In this document: positions 24,601-37,959 of the stretch, piece after piece | Layout: each line of letters begins with the position of its first letter | How positions within the stretch are numbered: position 1 is the first letter of the stretch | From: Marsupella aquatica | Lineage: Eukaryota > Plantae > Marchantiophyta | NCBI GenBank assembly: GCA_973895155.1 | Contig: OZ316891.1 | Location: forward strand, 22,023,168 to 22,087,167 | Direction of reading: 5' to 3' | Length of the DNA: 64,000 nucleotides | Notes under the pieces: generated by a model | What the model saw: only the letters and a program-made list of their open reading frames with translations | The model's database searches: none | Told to the model about the DNA's origin: nothing | Program-made: the position numbers and the translations under genes

Positions 24601-27600
24601 CTTCTGTATCCCCCAAACACATCGCCATGATGCTGTATTGAACAGTGGGCCTTGCTGCAGTGTATGCAAATAGCGTGCCCTGCGCGGTGTAGTTTTTGAC
24701 TCTCTGTTTTAGTTGTTAATACTTGTGGTGAATACTCGTGGTGTTTGCATGTTGACATTGTGATTGAGTGCCATTTGAATTGAGTTGATCTGAATGGTGT
24801 CCAAGGGAATTGAGTTGAGGTGAAGTACATTGGACCACAGTTTCCAACTCAGACAGAGCACCTGAGAATTGAGTCAAAAAGACATCGCTCGAGTTCAAAT
24901 GACTTTCTAGCCATGGCACCTAAACTTTCCAATTTTTGAGGAAGACGGCAGTTATGTCTCAATAGATTGCCAGTCACCATGGCTGTAGGAATATCTAACT
25001 AGCCACACATAGTTATGTTGTGAGATTGTCCTTCTGGCCATGCTTTTGTTGTTGGCACCATGCCGTGCATTGCACAAGAATGTTGGGTTGAGACAAGTGA
25101 TGCTATCCCAATTGTGTTGTCAGAAAAATTATGTGTGGTTGTGAAAGCGATGCTCTGGTTGGGTGGTTGTTGTGAAAACGAGTCTTGAATGCCCATTCTT
25201 TGAATGACAAATGAGTGATAACAAAAATGAGCATGCATGATCATTTTGACATACCATACATCCTATTGTGGCCTTCATCAACATACATTTGGTGGGGCCC
25301 TAAAGTTAAGTTCTAGAGGCTTCACTCTGGAAATGTAGACCCCAACTCTAGCTTCTGTTTGCAAATAGTAGTAAGATTTTGTCATTTTGGTTGATGATGT
25401 TACAATTGATCTTGGGGAGGGTATAGAGAGAAAGTGAAACAAAACAGTAACCAGGACATCACGGGGTCTAAGCATATTCAGGCAGCCTTACTTGGAGAGA
25501 ACATTATTTCCTTCTTTCTTCCTCCCCTATATATTCTCGTTTTCCCTCCCCTCCACTCTCCCTTTATCTCCGCCCCCCCCCCCCCTGTGTGTTGTGTGGG
25601 CATCAGGCATGGAAGGTGAGGGCAGGTAAGTGGATCATGCAGTTCTAAAAAACAGGATTTCAAGGAATGAGCAAAATGTATTCCTGCCCATTTCACTATC
25701 TGTTTGCAGGAGATTTGATACTATTGCATATTGTAGTGGTTGATTAGTTCTTGCTGTTTATTCTTTAGCTCAATTATATAACTAATGTAAATTCTGCTTA
25801 TGTTTAAATCCATTCTTTATCTCAATCCCTAGTAAAATTAAGCTTTGATTGATTGGCAGGTTGGCTGTGAAACCAGGATGGATTAGTAAAGTTGCTACGG
25901 CCTTGGATAGCACCTTTTACAAATTAACTGAAATGTGATCAGTAAGATAGGGAGTTAACATTTGCAGCCTAGCTTCAATGTAATCTTCTGTAGCATTGCG
26001 AGATGAAGTTTGAAAATGATTTTTGTGCCTTGTCCTCTCAATCACTGTGAAAGCAACTTTTTGCGCTGCTGTCATGCAGCTCGTGAGTCTGGCTCTGGGT
26101 GTTCATATCATTTTCGTTTGGTGGTATTAAATATTGGCATTCTTCAGAAGTCAGGCTTGTTGGCACACCTGCTGACTTGTCGAGATAACCCAGTCATAGG
26201 TTTTTCCTTTTGAGCCATATATTATAGCCTTCTGAGGTGCACACCAGATTTCTAGATACCATAAAAATGGATGGCTAAGATTGCAGAAGCAACAAAATGG
26301 ATCGCCAGGAAAGTTTGAATTTGTCTTCTATGAATATGTTGATAGTGGCTGTGGAAAAAAGGCCCTCATTGTGGATGGTCTTATGTGAATGCTATAGCCA
26401 ACGCTACAATTGGGATATCAAAATTTGTGAAATTTATTATATGAAAATCAATATATTCTTACCTTTCAAAAATTTAAATATCTAAGTTTTCCATAGATGA
26501 AGTACCTATTTTGAAAGAAGTTTTTAATCTATATTTTATTCAAAAGGGGATATTCATGATTTTTATCCAGTAAATGTATTATAAAAGATGGATTTTTATT
26601 CATTGATTTAAAAATAAGTGTTTGTTTCAACTATTCACATAGAAATTCTTCATCACATTCACGTTTTTTGCATTCTCATTTTTTGCAATTGCTATTTAAA
26701 ATGGTTTCAACAAGTGAAAAACATTTATTTGAAAAACAGTAAAAGACTTTTTTGTTAGAATTTAATTTGGTTTAGTCCCTCTCAATCCCCATGGACTGTG
26801 CATAGTAGGTAAGCCAGTGCATAGTAGGTAAGCCAGTTTGCACTGGAAATAATAAGAACACTATGAATCAATGTGAGATGGGAGTTGATTGTCATAAATG
26901 AACAAACAATTGCAACTCTTCACTCAACCAAACAAAAAAGACAGTTTAATTCAATTTTAAGGACAATCGAGTTAGCCCTTGCTGCTCTCAGAAACTCACC
27001 TATTTTCTAAATAAGAAAAACTCATCTGTAGATCTCAGTGAGAAATTTAAGTTGAACCATAGATCCGTCACTGAGACTGGTAGAAGAGATTTTCAGAAGT
27101 GAGAAATGCAGAAGGCCCAAATCTAGTCTCCCCCAAATTTCAAAATTTGAGTTCAGCTCATCAGATCTCACCATTATTTTTCCATATTTTCTCACAAATG
27201 TTCAAGTGTTTTGGAGTACTTTGTTGGTGAGATGTAGAGATCTCCATTTTGAGCAGGAAATAGTGGGAGCACAGGCTAAAGTGAGTGACAATATAAGGGT
27301 TAACAAGAGGCTTCTTAATATGCACTTCAAGTTTTCTGCCATATAATAGAGTTTCATATGAGGGCTAAGAGGTTTGCACTGAGTTGTGGTTTAATTGAAA
27401 TGGGCAACACTTAGTTCAGTGGAAGCATCCTTCTAAACCAGTTAGGATGACTCAACATATAGCAAGACTGAAAAGCCATGTACATAACTGGCTTTTCGTC
27501 ATCACAAGAAAGCTAACTCTACCCTAACCCATGTAAGGGAACTAAGTTTAGGATGTAAAATGAGTTTCACTTCCAAGTGGCAGCCTGTCAGGGTAAATTT

Positions 27601-27929
27601 GGGGTGTAAAGGGGAGGTGGCATGTTAGAGCATCAGCACCGTCATGGCCTGGCCAACTATCAACATTGTCTACCTGAGCATAATGTTTTTCTGCTTGCAC
27701 CGGTTCTTGCTATCCCAGTGTTTTTCCAGGATAGGTGATTGGAAGCAATGCAGACTGGATAATCGACCATTTTGGGCCGGCTACCAAAGACAAATCCCAA
27801 CTGAGAGAAATGCAGACTGGCAAGTGAACTCCAAAGAATTTCCTAATTGAAAGAAATGCAGACTGGCAAAATCGAGCATTTCTTGCGGGCCACCACCTAA
27901 AATTTCCATGCTTATTGCTCTGCCACATG

Positions 27930-28270
27930 CACAAACCAAGCACCAACTTTAGTGTTGTTCTTTACTTTCCACATTACATGCTCCAACCACAGTGTGCTTT
28001 GTGAAAGGAGCTTGCACAAATCAGGCACCAACTTTAGTGTTCTTTACTTTCCACATTACATGCTCCAACCACAGTGTGCTTTGTGGAAGGAGCCTGCACA
28101 AATCAGGCACCAACTTTAGTGTTCTTCTTTACTTTCCACATTACATGCTCCAGCCACAGGGTGCTTTCTTTACTTTCAACATTAGATGCTCCAACCACAA
28201 TGTGCTTTGTGCTTTCTTCACTTTCCACATTACATGCTCCAACCACACTGTGCTTTGTGAAAGGAGCATG
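27930..28270. repeat. Minisatellite of ~83-bp units, ~4 copies plus partials
   Basis: caccaactttagtgttctttactttccacattacatgctccaaccacagtgtgctttgtgaaaggagc repeated; it explains the overlapping repetitive ORFs. Confidence 0.85.
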
Positions 28271-29273
28271 CCCTACTGGCACCCTGGTACATACAATTTT
28301 TTGTTGGGGAAGGCTCGACAATCTTGGCCTGCATTTGTGTCCCTTACAGGTGCCTATGCTCTTATGCAAGTCCATGGGCAAGGAGAACAGCTCGGTCCAT
28401 CCCTTTCCAATCACATTGGTAATGCAAATTCTAACAAGTGGAACAGAATTTGCGGAAACAGAATTTATGGCAACTTTTTCCCAACACTTTTCTGGAACGA
28501 ACTTAACTTTAATCTCGTGAAGTTATGATAACAATTTGTGCTGTGTCAGCTCTAGACTCAGTTCCCGAGCTGCTTCGGCTTGTTTTAAGCTCGACTATCG
28601 CCTGTTGGAATTCAGTGTTCAAACGATACGGAGGAATTGCTGGCAGGATGAATCGGAGTTGCGATGTATCGCTCCGGTAAACCCAGTTAGGAGAGAGACT
28701 GTGAGGTAAGGGCCATCCAGGCACTTAGTTTCGAGCGCCTCAGGGTGTGTATCCGTCTCTTTGTATGCAGGATTTGAGTGGAATTCATTTGGTTTTTTTG
28801 GGGCAAAAAAAATATTGACCGCCTGTTGATGGAGAAACGCCAAATCCAATTAACAACTACGAGAAAATAGGACAGGACAATGAAGCCTCGACAAGTAAAA
28901 GAACCGAAGCAAACAAAAGCACCAAAACGAAACGTAAGAAAATTAATCGCACACTGAATTGAGAAAGAAGGGTCCGTGAATACTTCGATAAACACGAATA
29001 AATAGTTTGAACCTATCCCAGTTGGGACATGAAACGAACGCTGTACAATTGTTCCCATGATGCTCAGAGAAGGTGGGCGGAAAAAGCAAAAGCTTAACAG
29101 AGGCAAAATTGACCCTAAAGCTCCTCGGACCAATGCAGGCTGACCTGACAGGTCGATAGAAGCCAGAACAGTATCATTACAAACGATTAGCAATCGCCCC
29201 GTATTTACAGCTCGAAAAATCGTAATCTACAACTAAAATTCGGTCGAGAAGGGGTCGACCTGGTCTAACTGAC

Positions 29274-31037
29274 TCACCCACCCCTCGAAAACAGCCACCT
29301 AGATCTTACAGTGCGAAACACAGATCTCTTCTTTTTGCTTGGGGTGCTCAATTCTAACGACAACTCGTCCAAGACAGCTGCTATGTCACAGAATTCAGGT
29401 CTCTCTTGTGGATTTTGGTCCCAGCAATTTCGAGCTAAGCGCGCCAGCTTCGGTGGGACTGAAGTAGGCATACTGGGGCGTAAGGATTGGTGAACTACTC
29501 CGCTGGCCGCCTGCCTAGGTGTGAGGCCAGCATACGGTACTTCCCCGGTAACGATTTCCGATATCACGATGCCGAAGGAGTACACATCTGCCTTGTGATC
29601 GTATGGTTTGTGCATCAATACCTCCGGTGCCATCCACTTCACAGTTCCAATTGCTCCCGTCATTATTTCTGACACATCGGAATTAGAAGGCCGGTCACCT
29701 ACTAGCCGTAATTCTGTTCTCAAAATTGGTGAACTTCCCAATTCTCCCGGCATTGAAGGGGTGGACGCCTTGAAAGGCCGCGCTAAGCCAAAATCACAAA
29801 CCTTAACAACGCAATGGTCATCGACGAGGAGGTTAGCAGCCTTCAAGTCTCGGTGCATGACACCTCTCCTGTGCAGGAAGTCCATTCCGCTAGCAGCGTC
29901 TCTTAGTATCTGCACAGACCTCGTCATGTTTTGGTCGACTGGATTTAACACGCCACTCCCCGGACTACGACTGCTCATCGCTTCTGGATCAGGCCCTCTG
30001 GTTTCCAACACGTTCCCCAACATCAGCTCTGTAACGATATAGAGCTTGGGCCAGCACGAGCACGCGCCAATGAATTGAATCAAGTTTTTGTGACGAGCAA
30101 GCCTCATTGTCGAGACCTCCTGCCTGAACATCTGGAGAAGTTCTTTCCCAGAGAAGTCCGTCAGGTCATCCTCCTCGTCCCTTGCTAGATTAGTAATTTT
30201 AATGGCCACGTTTTGCATATGATACGTCCCTCGATGAATATCTCCAGAAGATCCACCACCAAGCCTGACACCAATTTCCAGATCCTTGAGATCGATGGAG
30301 AAATCGCCGAAGGAAAGATCCTCAACCGCACTCTGTAATGATTTGACATCAGAGTCAGGTCGCTCCAGATCTTGCATTGGCATCTTGGTCACTTCTGAAT
30401 TACTTCCAATATCACATTGACCTCCTCTGAGATTTTCAAGAATTCTCAGAATTTCAAGAATGCCTTTCTTTAAGGCTTCTTGGGGATCCTCCGGGTTGTG
30501 AGAGCCGGCCGGCCCGCAATAGCCCTCTTGCATTACAACAAAGTTGCCGAGCGCAATCTTTCCGGCATGATGAGTGGAGCTGCTGAACACATGCGCCTCC
30601 TTGATAATCAGCTGCAGACAATCACTCAGAGCATTTGCGAAACTATTCAGGAGGTCATATGTAGTGTCTGATGATGACGCTACACTGATTTCGTACCTTC
30701 GTCTACGATCGGAAAATTCTTCCTTACTATCTTCTTCTTCTGCTTCGTCATCGTCGTCCGTGGAATGACTTTCACAGTCCGTCACACCGAAGCCGAAGGG
30801 TGAAATCGGTGACGACGACGGAGACACTTTATTTGGAAGAGCGGAACCACAAGAAATCTTTCGCACAGATGAATTCGACATTCTAGCATTGGCCCCCTCT
30901 CGTGGTTCTACTCGTTCGAGCAATCGCACGTGCACTTGAGGGAAGGGGGCACATAGATTGGCACCATGATTCCTGCAGGTATCCTTGCCAATAGCTTGTT
31001 CCACCCGAGATGATGCATCACGAGGCAGCCAATCCAT
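29274..31037 (-). CDS. STY8/STY17/STY46-like Raf-type (group C) protein kinase with a degenerate ACT domain; intronless CDS
   Basis: GGGSSG, VAIK, FRQEVSTMRLARHKNLIQFIGAC, HRDLKAANLL, DFG, WMAPEVLMHKPYDHKADVYSFGIV, YAGLTPRQAASGVV. ACT-like YEISVASS..LLNSFANALSDCLQLIIKEAHVFS..GNFVV. First ATG is at 31037; the frame is open a little further upstream. Confidence 0.9.
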   Translation of the reverse strand: MDWLPRDASSRVEQAIGKDTCRNHGANLCAPFPQVHVRLLERVEPREGANARMSNSSVRKISCGSALPNKVSPSSSPISPFGFGVTDCESHSTDDDDEAEEEDSKEEFSDRRRRYEISVASSSDTTYDLLNSFANALSDCLQLIIKEAHVFSSSTHHAGKIALGNFVVMQEGYCGPAGSHNPEDPQEALKKGILEILRILENLRGGQCDIGSNSEVTKMPMQDLERPDSDVKSLQSAVEDLSFGDFSIDLKDLEIGVRLGGGSSGDIHRGTYHMQNVAIKITNLARDEEDDLTDFSGKELLQMFRQEVSTMRLARHKNLIQFIGACSCWPKLYIVTELMLGNVLETRGPDPEAMSSRSPGSGVLNPVDQNMTRSVQILRDAASGMDFLHRRGVMHRDLKAANLLVDDHCVVKVCDFGLARPFKASTPSMPGELGSSPILRTELRLVGDRPSNSDVSEIMTGAIGTVKWMAPEVLMHKPYDHKADVYSFGIVISEIVTGEVPYAGLTPRQAASGVVHQSLRPSMPTSVPPKLARLARNCWDQNPQERPEFCDIAAVLDELSLELSTPSKKKRSVFRTVRSRWLFSRGG

Positions 31038-32830
31038 TTCAGCGAGGGCAAGGCCCTGCTTGAGCGTGCTCAAGCGCACTCGACAAGTTGAAAGATTGAG
31101 AGACTGCCAAAGTTGCTGCTAAATGAACCAAACGTAGCACCCTGTGCGAAGTAAAACTACTTTCCTCGGATTAGGCTAGATAAAACTTCCGGTTTCAAGC
31201 TTTGCAATTTCTGTAACGTAGTTGCCGTACGATGTGCCTGGCTTATACAATAATTTCTTCGTCTCGCACAGGCTTGAATTGGATTCTAATCACAGCTTCA
31301 CTTCGACTGCTACCTGCGGTGCTCTACCGTGCTCTCGGGAGAGTATGTCATCACCACAATCCAGCAGTAGCAGTATTCAAGAAAATGTTACCCTTTCGCT
31401 GGATCTGACCCGTGAACTTGTTAAAACCACCCCTAAACCTCTCCCTGCTCGGACCTAGAACAGAAATCCTGTCGCATTTATGGACAGGATCATAAATGTA
31501 CAATGATAATCTCCAGACTTAGACGACACTCAATGGAGCTGAAATCCGGCATTTGCAATAAGATAAGAACGTGCCACGTATAGAACTGTACGTCGAAACT
31601 CAATCTCGGAAACCCCGCGCAATTTTAATGTCAGAGGACCATTTTCTGGCGATAATTGAAATCCTTCGAATTTGAGAATTGAAAGAGTTTGAGCTCGATG
31701 AAATCTCGTTGTCCCTACCGACGCAGTTTTACCTTAGGATTGAGACAATGTGAGTAAGATCGACTCTAGGAGCACAACTTGCTACTACGTAGATTACAAT
31801 AGATTACTACTACTAGTAGGCTGAAGATTACAATTGAGTAGAGCGAGGGAGACTAGTGTGGCGCAGGCCTGCAGGTTATAAAATAGGTCGATAACTCATG
31901 CCCTACTGTACGTACTTATATGCGCAGGGGACTCCCGTGCAATGATCAGAATGAGCGGCGATTTGTCCATCATCCGCACCACTCTCGCTGACGGATTGAA
32001 GCCGATCTCAACCATTCCTCTACAAAACATTAAATCCGAGGGATAAAGCAGCATGCGGCGTGACGGGCTGTCAACTCCATGCACACGCTATCGACGCGCT
32101 CTCTATCACCATTCCGACTGCTACACCATTCCGACTGACGAGGACCGAAAACGCTCCTCGGTCGCCAATACAACAAAGAAACTACTGTGCTGGAAAACGC
32201 TCCTCGGTCCCCAATAAAACAAAGAAACTACTGTGCTGCCCGTGTTCTTTCTCCCCTGCACACTAGGCCGCCATTAGCGGAGCGAAGCTGCTCAATGACC
32301 AACTGAACGAAATAGACCACGAGTTTGCCAATCGAGGCGGACTCTCGAGAATGGGTCAATGCCGTGCACGAGTAAAACGACACCTTGCCATTTGCGAACG
32401 AAGCTGCTCATGGTGAACGTGACTGAAGCGATCACCAATCAAAAACCAAACATATTCCTAAAACCGCGCCAACAGAGCAAAAAACGTGACAAAGTAAATA
32501 CAAGATCGACTGAAACACTCAAAGAGGAGTCGAGAAATAACCGAAGCCCAATCAGCGAGTTACTGATTGAGCACCATTCCACGAGTAGGTGATGTTTCAC
32601 GATACAAGACACGATCGCTCACAGCCAGAGAATGTGCTCTGTTCCGCAGCACCAAAGCAAAGCACCGAGTTGCCGATTTCGAAAGTTCATCGCCTCTCGT
32701 GTATAGCAGGACCGCGGAACGACACAAATTGCTCTGTTCCCTCACGAAGAGTCTAGGATCCGTAGGGACGAGACTTCTCATGCCGCAAGACGCGATTACT
32801 GCAGTAGGCCACCAGCCCTTCCCGCGCTGT

Positions 32831-32880
32831 CCACCCCAGTCCACCCCAGTCCACCCCAGTCCAGTCCAGTCCAGTCCACC
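32831..32880. repeat. Short (CCACCCCAGT)3-(CCAGT)n microsatellite
   Basis: Direct reading of the sequence. Confidence 0.7.
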
Positions 32881-33179
32881 TTCCCTTCTCGTGTGTACAG
32901 TACACTTACTACAGTACGTTGGACTACGGTACACTACTGTTCCTAACACCGAAAATTCCGAAATGCAGACATTATTATTGGGGTGTTGACCGGGCCTTTA
33001 TCCGAGTAAAGGCATTAATCGTACTCATTTCGTGCAACCTCTTTTGTTACCTCTCTTACCCTCTTAGTCTCTTATTCAACGCGATTGGTAATGTGGATGC
33101 GCGCATCAGGTCTGATCACACATTTACACGTGCATGGTTAGTTAGAGATGTTAAGCCGCGCATACAGGTAGGAAAGACG

Positions 33180-33800
33180 TCTTCGTATAATGTACAGTAT
33201 TATTTTCCCCTCATATTTCCTGAACAGGGAGCAGAATGGCCAGTAGGCGGACATCGGGCGGGCCAGAAATGACATTTTGTTTTTGTTTTTATTTTCAACA
33301 AGATTTATTCATTTTTAAAACGAACAAAACCCAGCTGTAGATGTTGCTGAGATCTTTCTTTTGAGCCCTACATGCGCTTCTGAAATGGACGGACGAGATC
33401 ACTTCATGCAAAAGAAAATGGATGGCCAGAACAACAATAATTTGAATCTGAATGGATGGCCGGATCCCACAAATATGAAATACACCAATACGACCGAAGG
33501 GACTCGTTTTCCTTTTTTCTTACTTAATATTCTACAGTTTTGGCTGTAAATTAGAGGAGTGACACCGCGCATAATGTATGATCTTCGTATAATGTACAGT
33601 ATTATTTTCCCTTCATATTTCTTGAACAGGGAGCAGAATGGCCAGCAGGCGGACATCGGGCGGGCCAAAAATGAGATTTATTTATTTATTTATTTTTTAG
33701 AAAAAAAATTATTCATTTTTAAAATGAACGAAACTCAGCTGTAGATTTTGCTGAGATCTTTCTTGTGAGCCCTATATGGGCTTCTGAAATGGACGGACGA
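33180..33800. repeat. ~400-bp-period tandem duplication of a dispersed repeat family; modules recur at 35030-35770 and 56810-56990
   Basis: cttcgtataatgtacagtattattttccc...gagccct...cttctgaaatggacggacga at 33180-33395 and 33583-33800. gaatctgaatggatggcc...tacttaatatt is shared with 35614-35720. Confidence 0.75.
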
Positions 33801-35019
33801 CATTGTGCTCTGGGAAAGGGGAGAGGTACATAGCACTCGACCATCCCTAGATGCAAATTAGTTCGTGGACCCCCTAGTTACATTTTTTAGGCCTTGTTTG
33901 AGTAAAAGTAATATATGTGGTATTAGCTTTAGCTCAAGTTATGGGAGTCTGGTAACACACTTTATTATGCTGAGATAGTTTTACAAATTTTAGTGAAAAT
34001 ATAAGATAAATGACCTCATCCATATGTGATTTTGCAATAGTTTTCATAATGACCAAAAAAATGAGTGCTTTTAGCTTGAGTTTTGAGATGCTAATATGGT
34101 TCATAATGCTCTGCTAGCAGGCATTAAAACACTGAAGATATATGAGATATTTTAGCTAATTTTAGAACATTAATAAACCCAAGGCTCAGTTTTTTTTAGT
34201 TAGTTGATTTTGGGCATTGGATGGCACTTTATTTGACCACTAAAGTGCCATGGGCACTTTGAGTTGAGAAAACTACTTTCTCAAGTTCAATTGAGAAGAC
34301 TGCTTTCCTCAACAACTAACCCTAAGGTTTTTAGTAGTGGAGCCATGTTAATTATGTACTTCAAATAATTGGAAATTCTAGAGATTTCACTGAAGTATGA
34401 CTTTGGCTAGTTTTGAATTAGAGGTTAATAGCCTCATGACCTTGACGCAACTATTCACCAAATGGAGAAGGGCAAAGCTAGCTTTGAGAAGAGAGAAGTC
34501 TGATTAGGAAGGGAAGCTGGTAGCCATGTTGTGTTGAACAAGTAGGATAGATTTTCTCACAAAATCATTGTGGACCCATTCAACAATGGCTTGAGCAGTT
34601 TGACATTTTCAACTGTCACATGAATACTTTGCTTTGGAGGCCGAAGTTCACAACTTTATCACAAGCAGTTGTCAAAATCAGGCCTTTCGCTACATGCAAC
34701 CAAATTCTCAAGAGAGTCAATAGTCAATTTGTGGCAATTCCATTTGAAACTAGATCAAATGAATTGTATCAATTCATTGAGTTCAAGTTCCGACCATGGC
34801 AATTTGCATGAATTGCAAAAGGCTGGAAATCTTACTCCATGTGCTAGTTACCCGTTAACAAGGAAGTTATCAAGTTAGTTATTAGTCATTCTTTATTATA
34901 TGAAAAAAAAATTCAATTCTTTTCAAATCTTTGAATTTAATTTTTAAAATTGGATACGTAACTAAAACGGTTACATAATGACAGTTTTACCCATCTTGCT
35001 CTTTGCATTTCTAAATTTT

Positions 35020-35770
35020 TACATTTCTTTTTACGGCATGGCGTCCCAAAATTTACACCCAAATTGACGCAAACACGAATGAAAACTGTAAGTTTGATTC
35101 ACAAAACCAACGAGTCTTGTTTGTTGCGATTGTTGTTGACATGGCACGCTCTGGTGCCAAGAATTTTGGAAGGGACCTCTCATGGGGTCCGTAAAGAAAA
35201 TGGATGGCCAGAATAACAATAATTTGAGATATTTCCTTTGAGCCCCTATATGGGCTTCTGAAATGGAGGGACAACAAGAAAATGGAGGGACAACAAGAAA
35301 ATGGATGGCCAAAATAACAATAATTACTAACCTCCCATGGAAAACTCCTTCCAAAATTGCTGGAAGCACGTGGTGCCACATCAGCAGTATTGGTCACAAA
35401 GAAGAAGGGTTCATTATACAAAAAATACCAAACAAGACTATGTGTGTTTGAGACAAGATAGTAAAAAAAATAGTTAGGCCTTGTAATTGTACAAACAATG
35501 TAAAATTTAAAAGTAACTTTTCAAATAAACAAAAAAAGGTGAAAAGAAATTAACCATTGGATGGATTATGATTGATACGTCAGTGTTTTCCAGTAGATTA
35601 TATGGAGTTTTTTGAATCTGAATGGATGGCCGCATCTCAGAATTTTGAAAATCCACTAATATGACTGAGGGGACTGGTTTTCCTTTTTCTTTACTTAATA
35701 TTCCAAAGTTTTGGGTGTAAATTTTTCCAGCCATAGATCTCAGAGAGACTTTTCTTTTGAGCCCCATATT
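35020..35770. repeat. Dispersed repeat, probably a non-autonomous TE; its first ~170 bp recur at 56810-56990
   Basis: acggcatggcgtcc...ttgtttgttgcg.ttgttg.tgac.tggcacgct.tggtgcca.gaattttggaagg.acctct..tggggtccgtaaa occurs at both 35033-35194 and 56825-56986. Confidence 0.7.
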
Positions 35771-35790
35771 GCATCAAACAACATAGGCGC

Positions 35791-36560
35791 CCTGGTTTGA
35801 GCCTGATGGTCAACTTGACGTCTTGCCCGACAAGTAAAATCATGAAATGATGGCCCAAAAATGGCCCATTTGATGCATATTCTGAGTTATTCCCCGGCCA
35901 TTCTCAAAATTTCCCGAACTCCGTCCCAACCCGGTCCTGGGGTCCCCGAGACTCCCCCAGTCTAGCCAGCCGTTCCCCCAGTTTGGGGTCAAGGCATGCC
36001 CCGACCTGGCCAGAACCCCCCTGCCAGAACCCCCCCAAATCCAGCCCTGAACCCCGCTTAAACCCGGCCCGAACCTGCCACTACGCCCCGACCCTGACCC
36101 CGGGAGACCAGGCGACTGGGTGTCCGGATGACGGGAGGACAGGGTCGAGACCCCCAATATGCCCATCATTGCCAAACCCGGGTAGGCGCAAGGGCAGGTG
36201 GAGATCCAATGGCTCTTGGGAGGCGGAGGAAGCGCCTTGCGTCCTTCAAGGGAGGTTCAGTCTTTGAATGAGCTCTCCAGGTAACCGGGAAACCTCCTGA
36301 GGCTCTTGTACATTTATGCATGGTTTAATATTAATTTGGGCACGCATCAATAAGGTCTGGGCAGCCTCCACTCCTTCCATATTTATGTTGCTTGCCACGC
36401 CTTGCCGTGTCTCTTGCACCCTCTCACATCTATAGCCCTGACCCTAAAACCAGAGACCCTAAAACTTGAGCCTGGCCCCGTCCTTTGACCCTGACCCCGA
36501 CCCTGCCCCTAAGCCCTGCCAGACCCCCCGGTCCCTGCCACCGGTCGTGGCTCACGAGCC
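35791..36560. mobile_element. Solo terminus of a hAT-like element related to the 1419-2056 MITE
   Basis: cctggtttgagcctgatggtcaacttgacgtcttgcccgac...aaatgatggcccaaaaatggcccatttgatgcatattc matches the reverse complement of the right end of 1419-2056. C-rich gacccc repeats follow; the partner TIR was not found. Confidence 0.65.
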
Positions 36561-37959
36561 ATTGCCGGCTCACACTGGGTCCCATTCACAAACCACCAAT
36601 ACGCATATCCAGTGTCACCGACCAAGGGGTGAAATTGTTAGGGTTTACTCTAGGCTTGGGTTAACTTATAGTTTTTAGGCTAATTAAACCACCATAAGGG
36701 TGTTAATGGTGATTGGTCACAGCTCTAGTATCTAGCATATAGAGGGGCTAGGGAGAGTTTCTCTTGGAAACTCATGCTCATTGTTGAGGGAGCTAGCTAG
36801 GTGCTAAGAGGGGAGTAGTATACTGACAGAGTAAACCTCTAGCATTTGGTGGACATAACCTTGACAAAGGTAATTCAGAACCACATATATCTTGTGTAGA
36901 TGTGTGGATGCTTGTTGGTTGTGCTCTAATGACTGTGTCGTACTAGTTTTCACATCAAAAATTGCATGGTTTCACGGGCTATATGTATTGGAGCATCATT
37001 ATCAGACAATTTCTCTAAATGCATTTTTACTTTAAAACTAAATAATGTAATCAGTGTTTTACATCAAAATGCCTAGAGTGTTCATAAAAAATACAGTATA
37101 ATTGAAAAACAAATTCACAGACAGTGTCTAAAATCTATTTATTGCCTGAATTCTATCATCACCAAGTTAACAACCTAGGATGAGGTACTTAAACAAACTT
37201 TCCACAGCCAAGCTATTGACTGCTTTTCTGCCACACGAGGTACATTTTAAAATAAATAATCGGACACATCTCACTGAACCGCCAGGTTCCACTAGTCATC
37301 AACATCATTCAGCTAAGTCACCTACACTAGACGTACCATTAGATTCTTACAGGATTTTACCATTAGATTCTTACACTATTTTGCATCTGTATATAATATT
37401 TCATCTTTCTACTTTCTAGGTTTGTAAGGTTTGCTTTTTGACACTCTTTTTCAGGTTGGGATTTGTCCTCTTTAGGAGGACTTTACAAGAAGTCCGGGGC
37501 ACTTGGGAGTTCTTTTCACCAAAGCAAACTGGAGGGCCATTGCACACACTAAATATAATGTCCTGGGGCTAAAAGCATTTTTTGACTCCTTTTATTGCCC
37601 CCAAGGTCTTGCAAAGCCAAGTGCAGCCAATGGTGCCAGATTAATTGACTAAAAGACAGATTGAGGACCCGCTCCACCTGAATGTCATGTAATCTTTGGC
37701 TAAAGTCTTTGTAAATGTGAGAAAAGAAGATCTTATGAAGGACTTGTGGGTCCCTTTTAATCCCTTTTAGGATTCCTCCCAGAACTAAGATATCAGTTGA
37801 GGTTTCCCTTCCTCTCCAAAACCTAACAAGAAATAGAAACTTAAGCCATCAGCATTGAAGGTCACTTTGGTCCATTCAGCCATCCTTATAGACAATAGAG
37901 GAGATCTGAAACTATTTGAAAGGTTTCTGCAGTTTGAGAGAATAGAGACAAGGGGACAG

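Noticed and set aside
27992-28528. Overlapping ORFs of 178, 148 and 103 aa
   Set aside because: Translations of the ~83-bp minisatellite.
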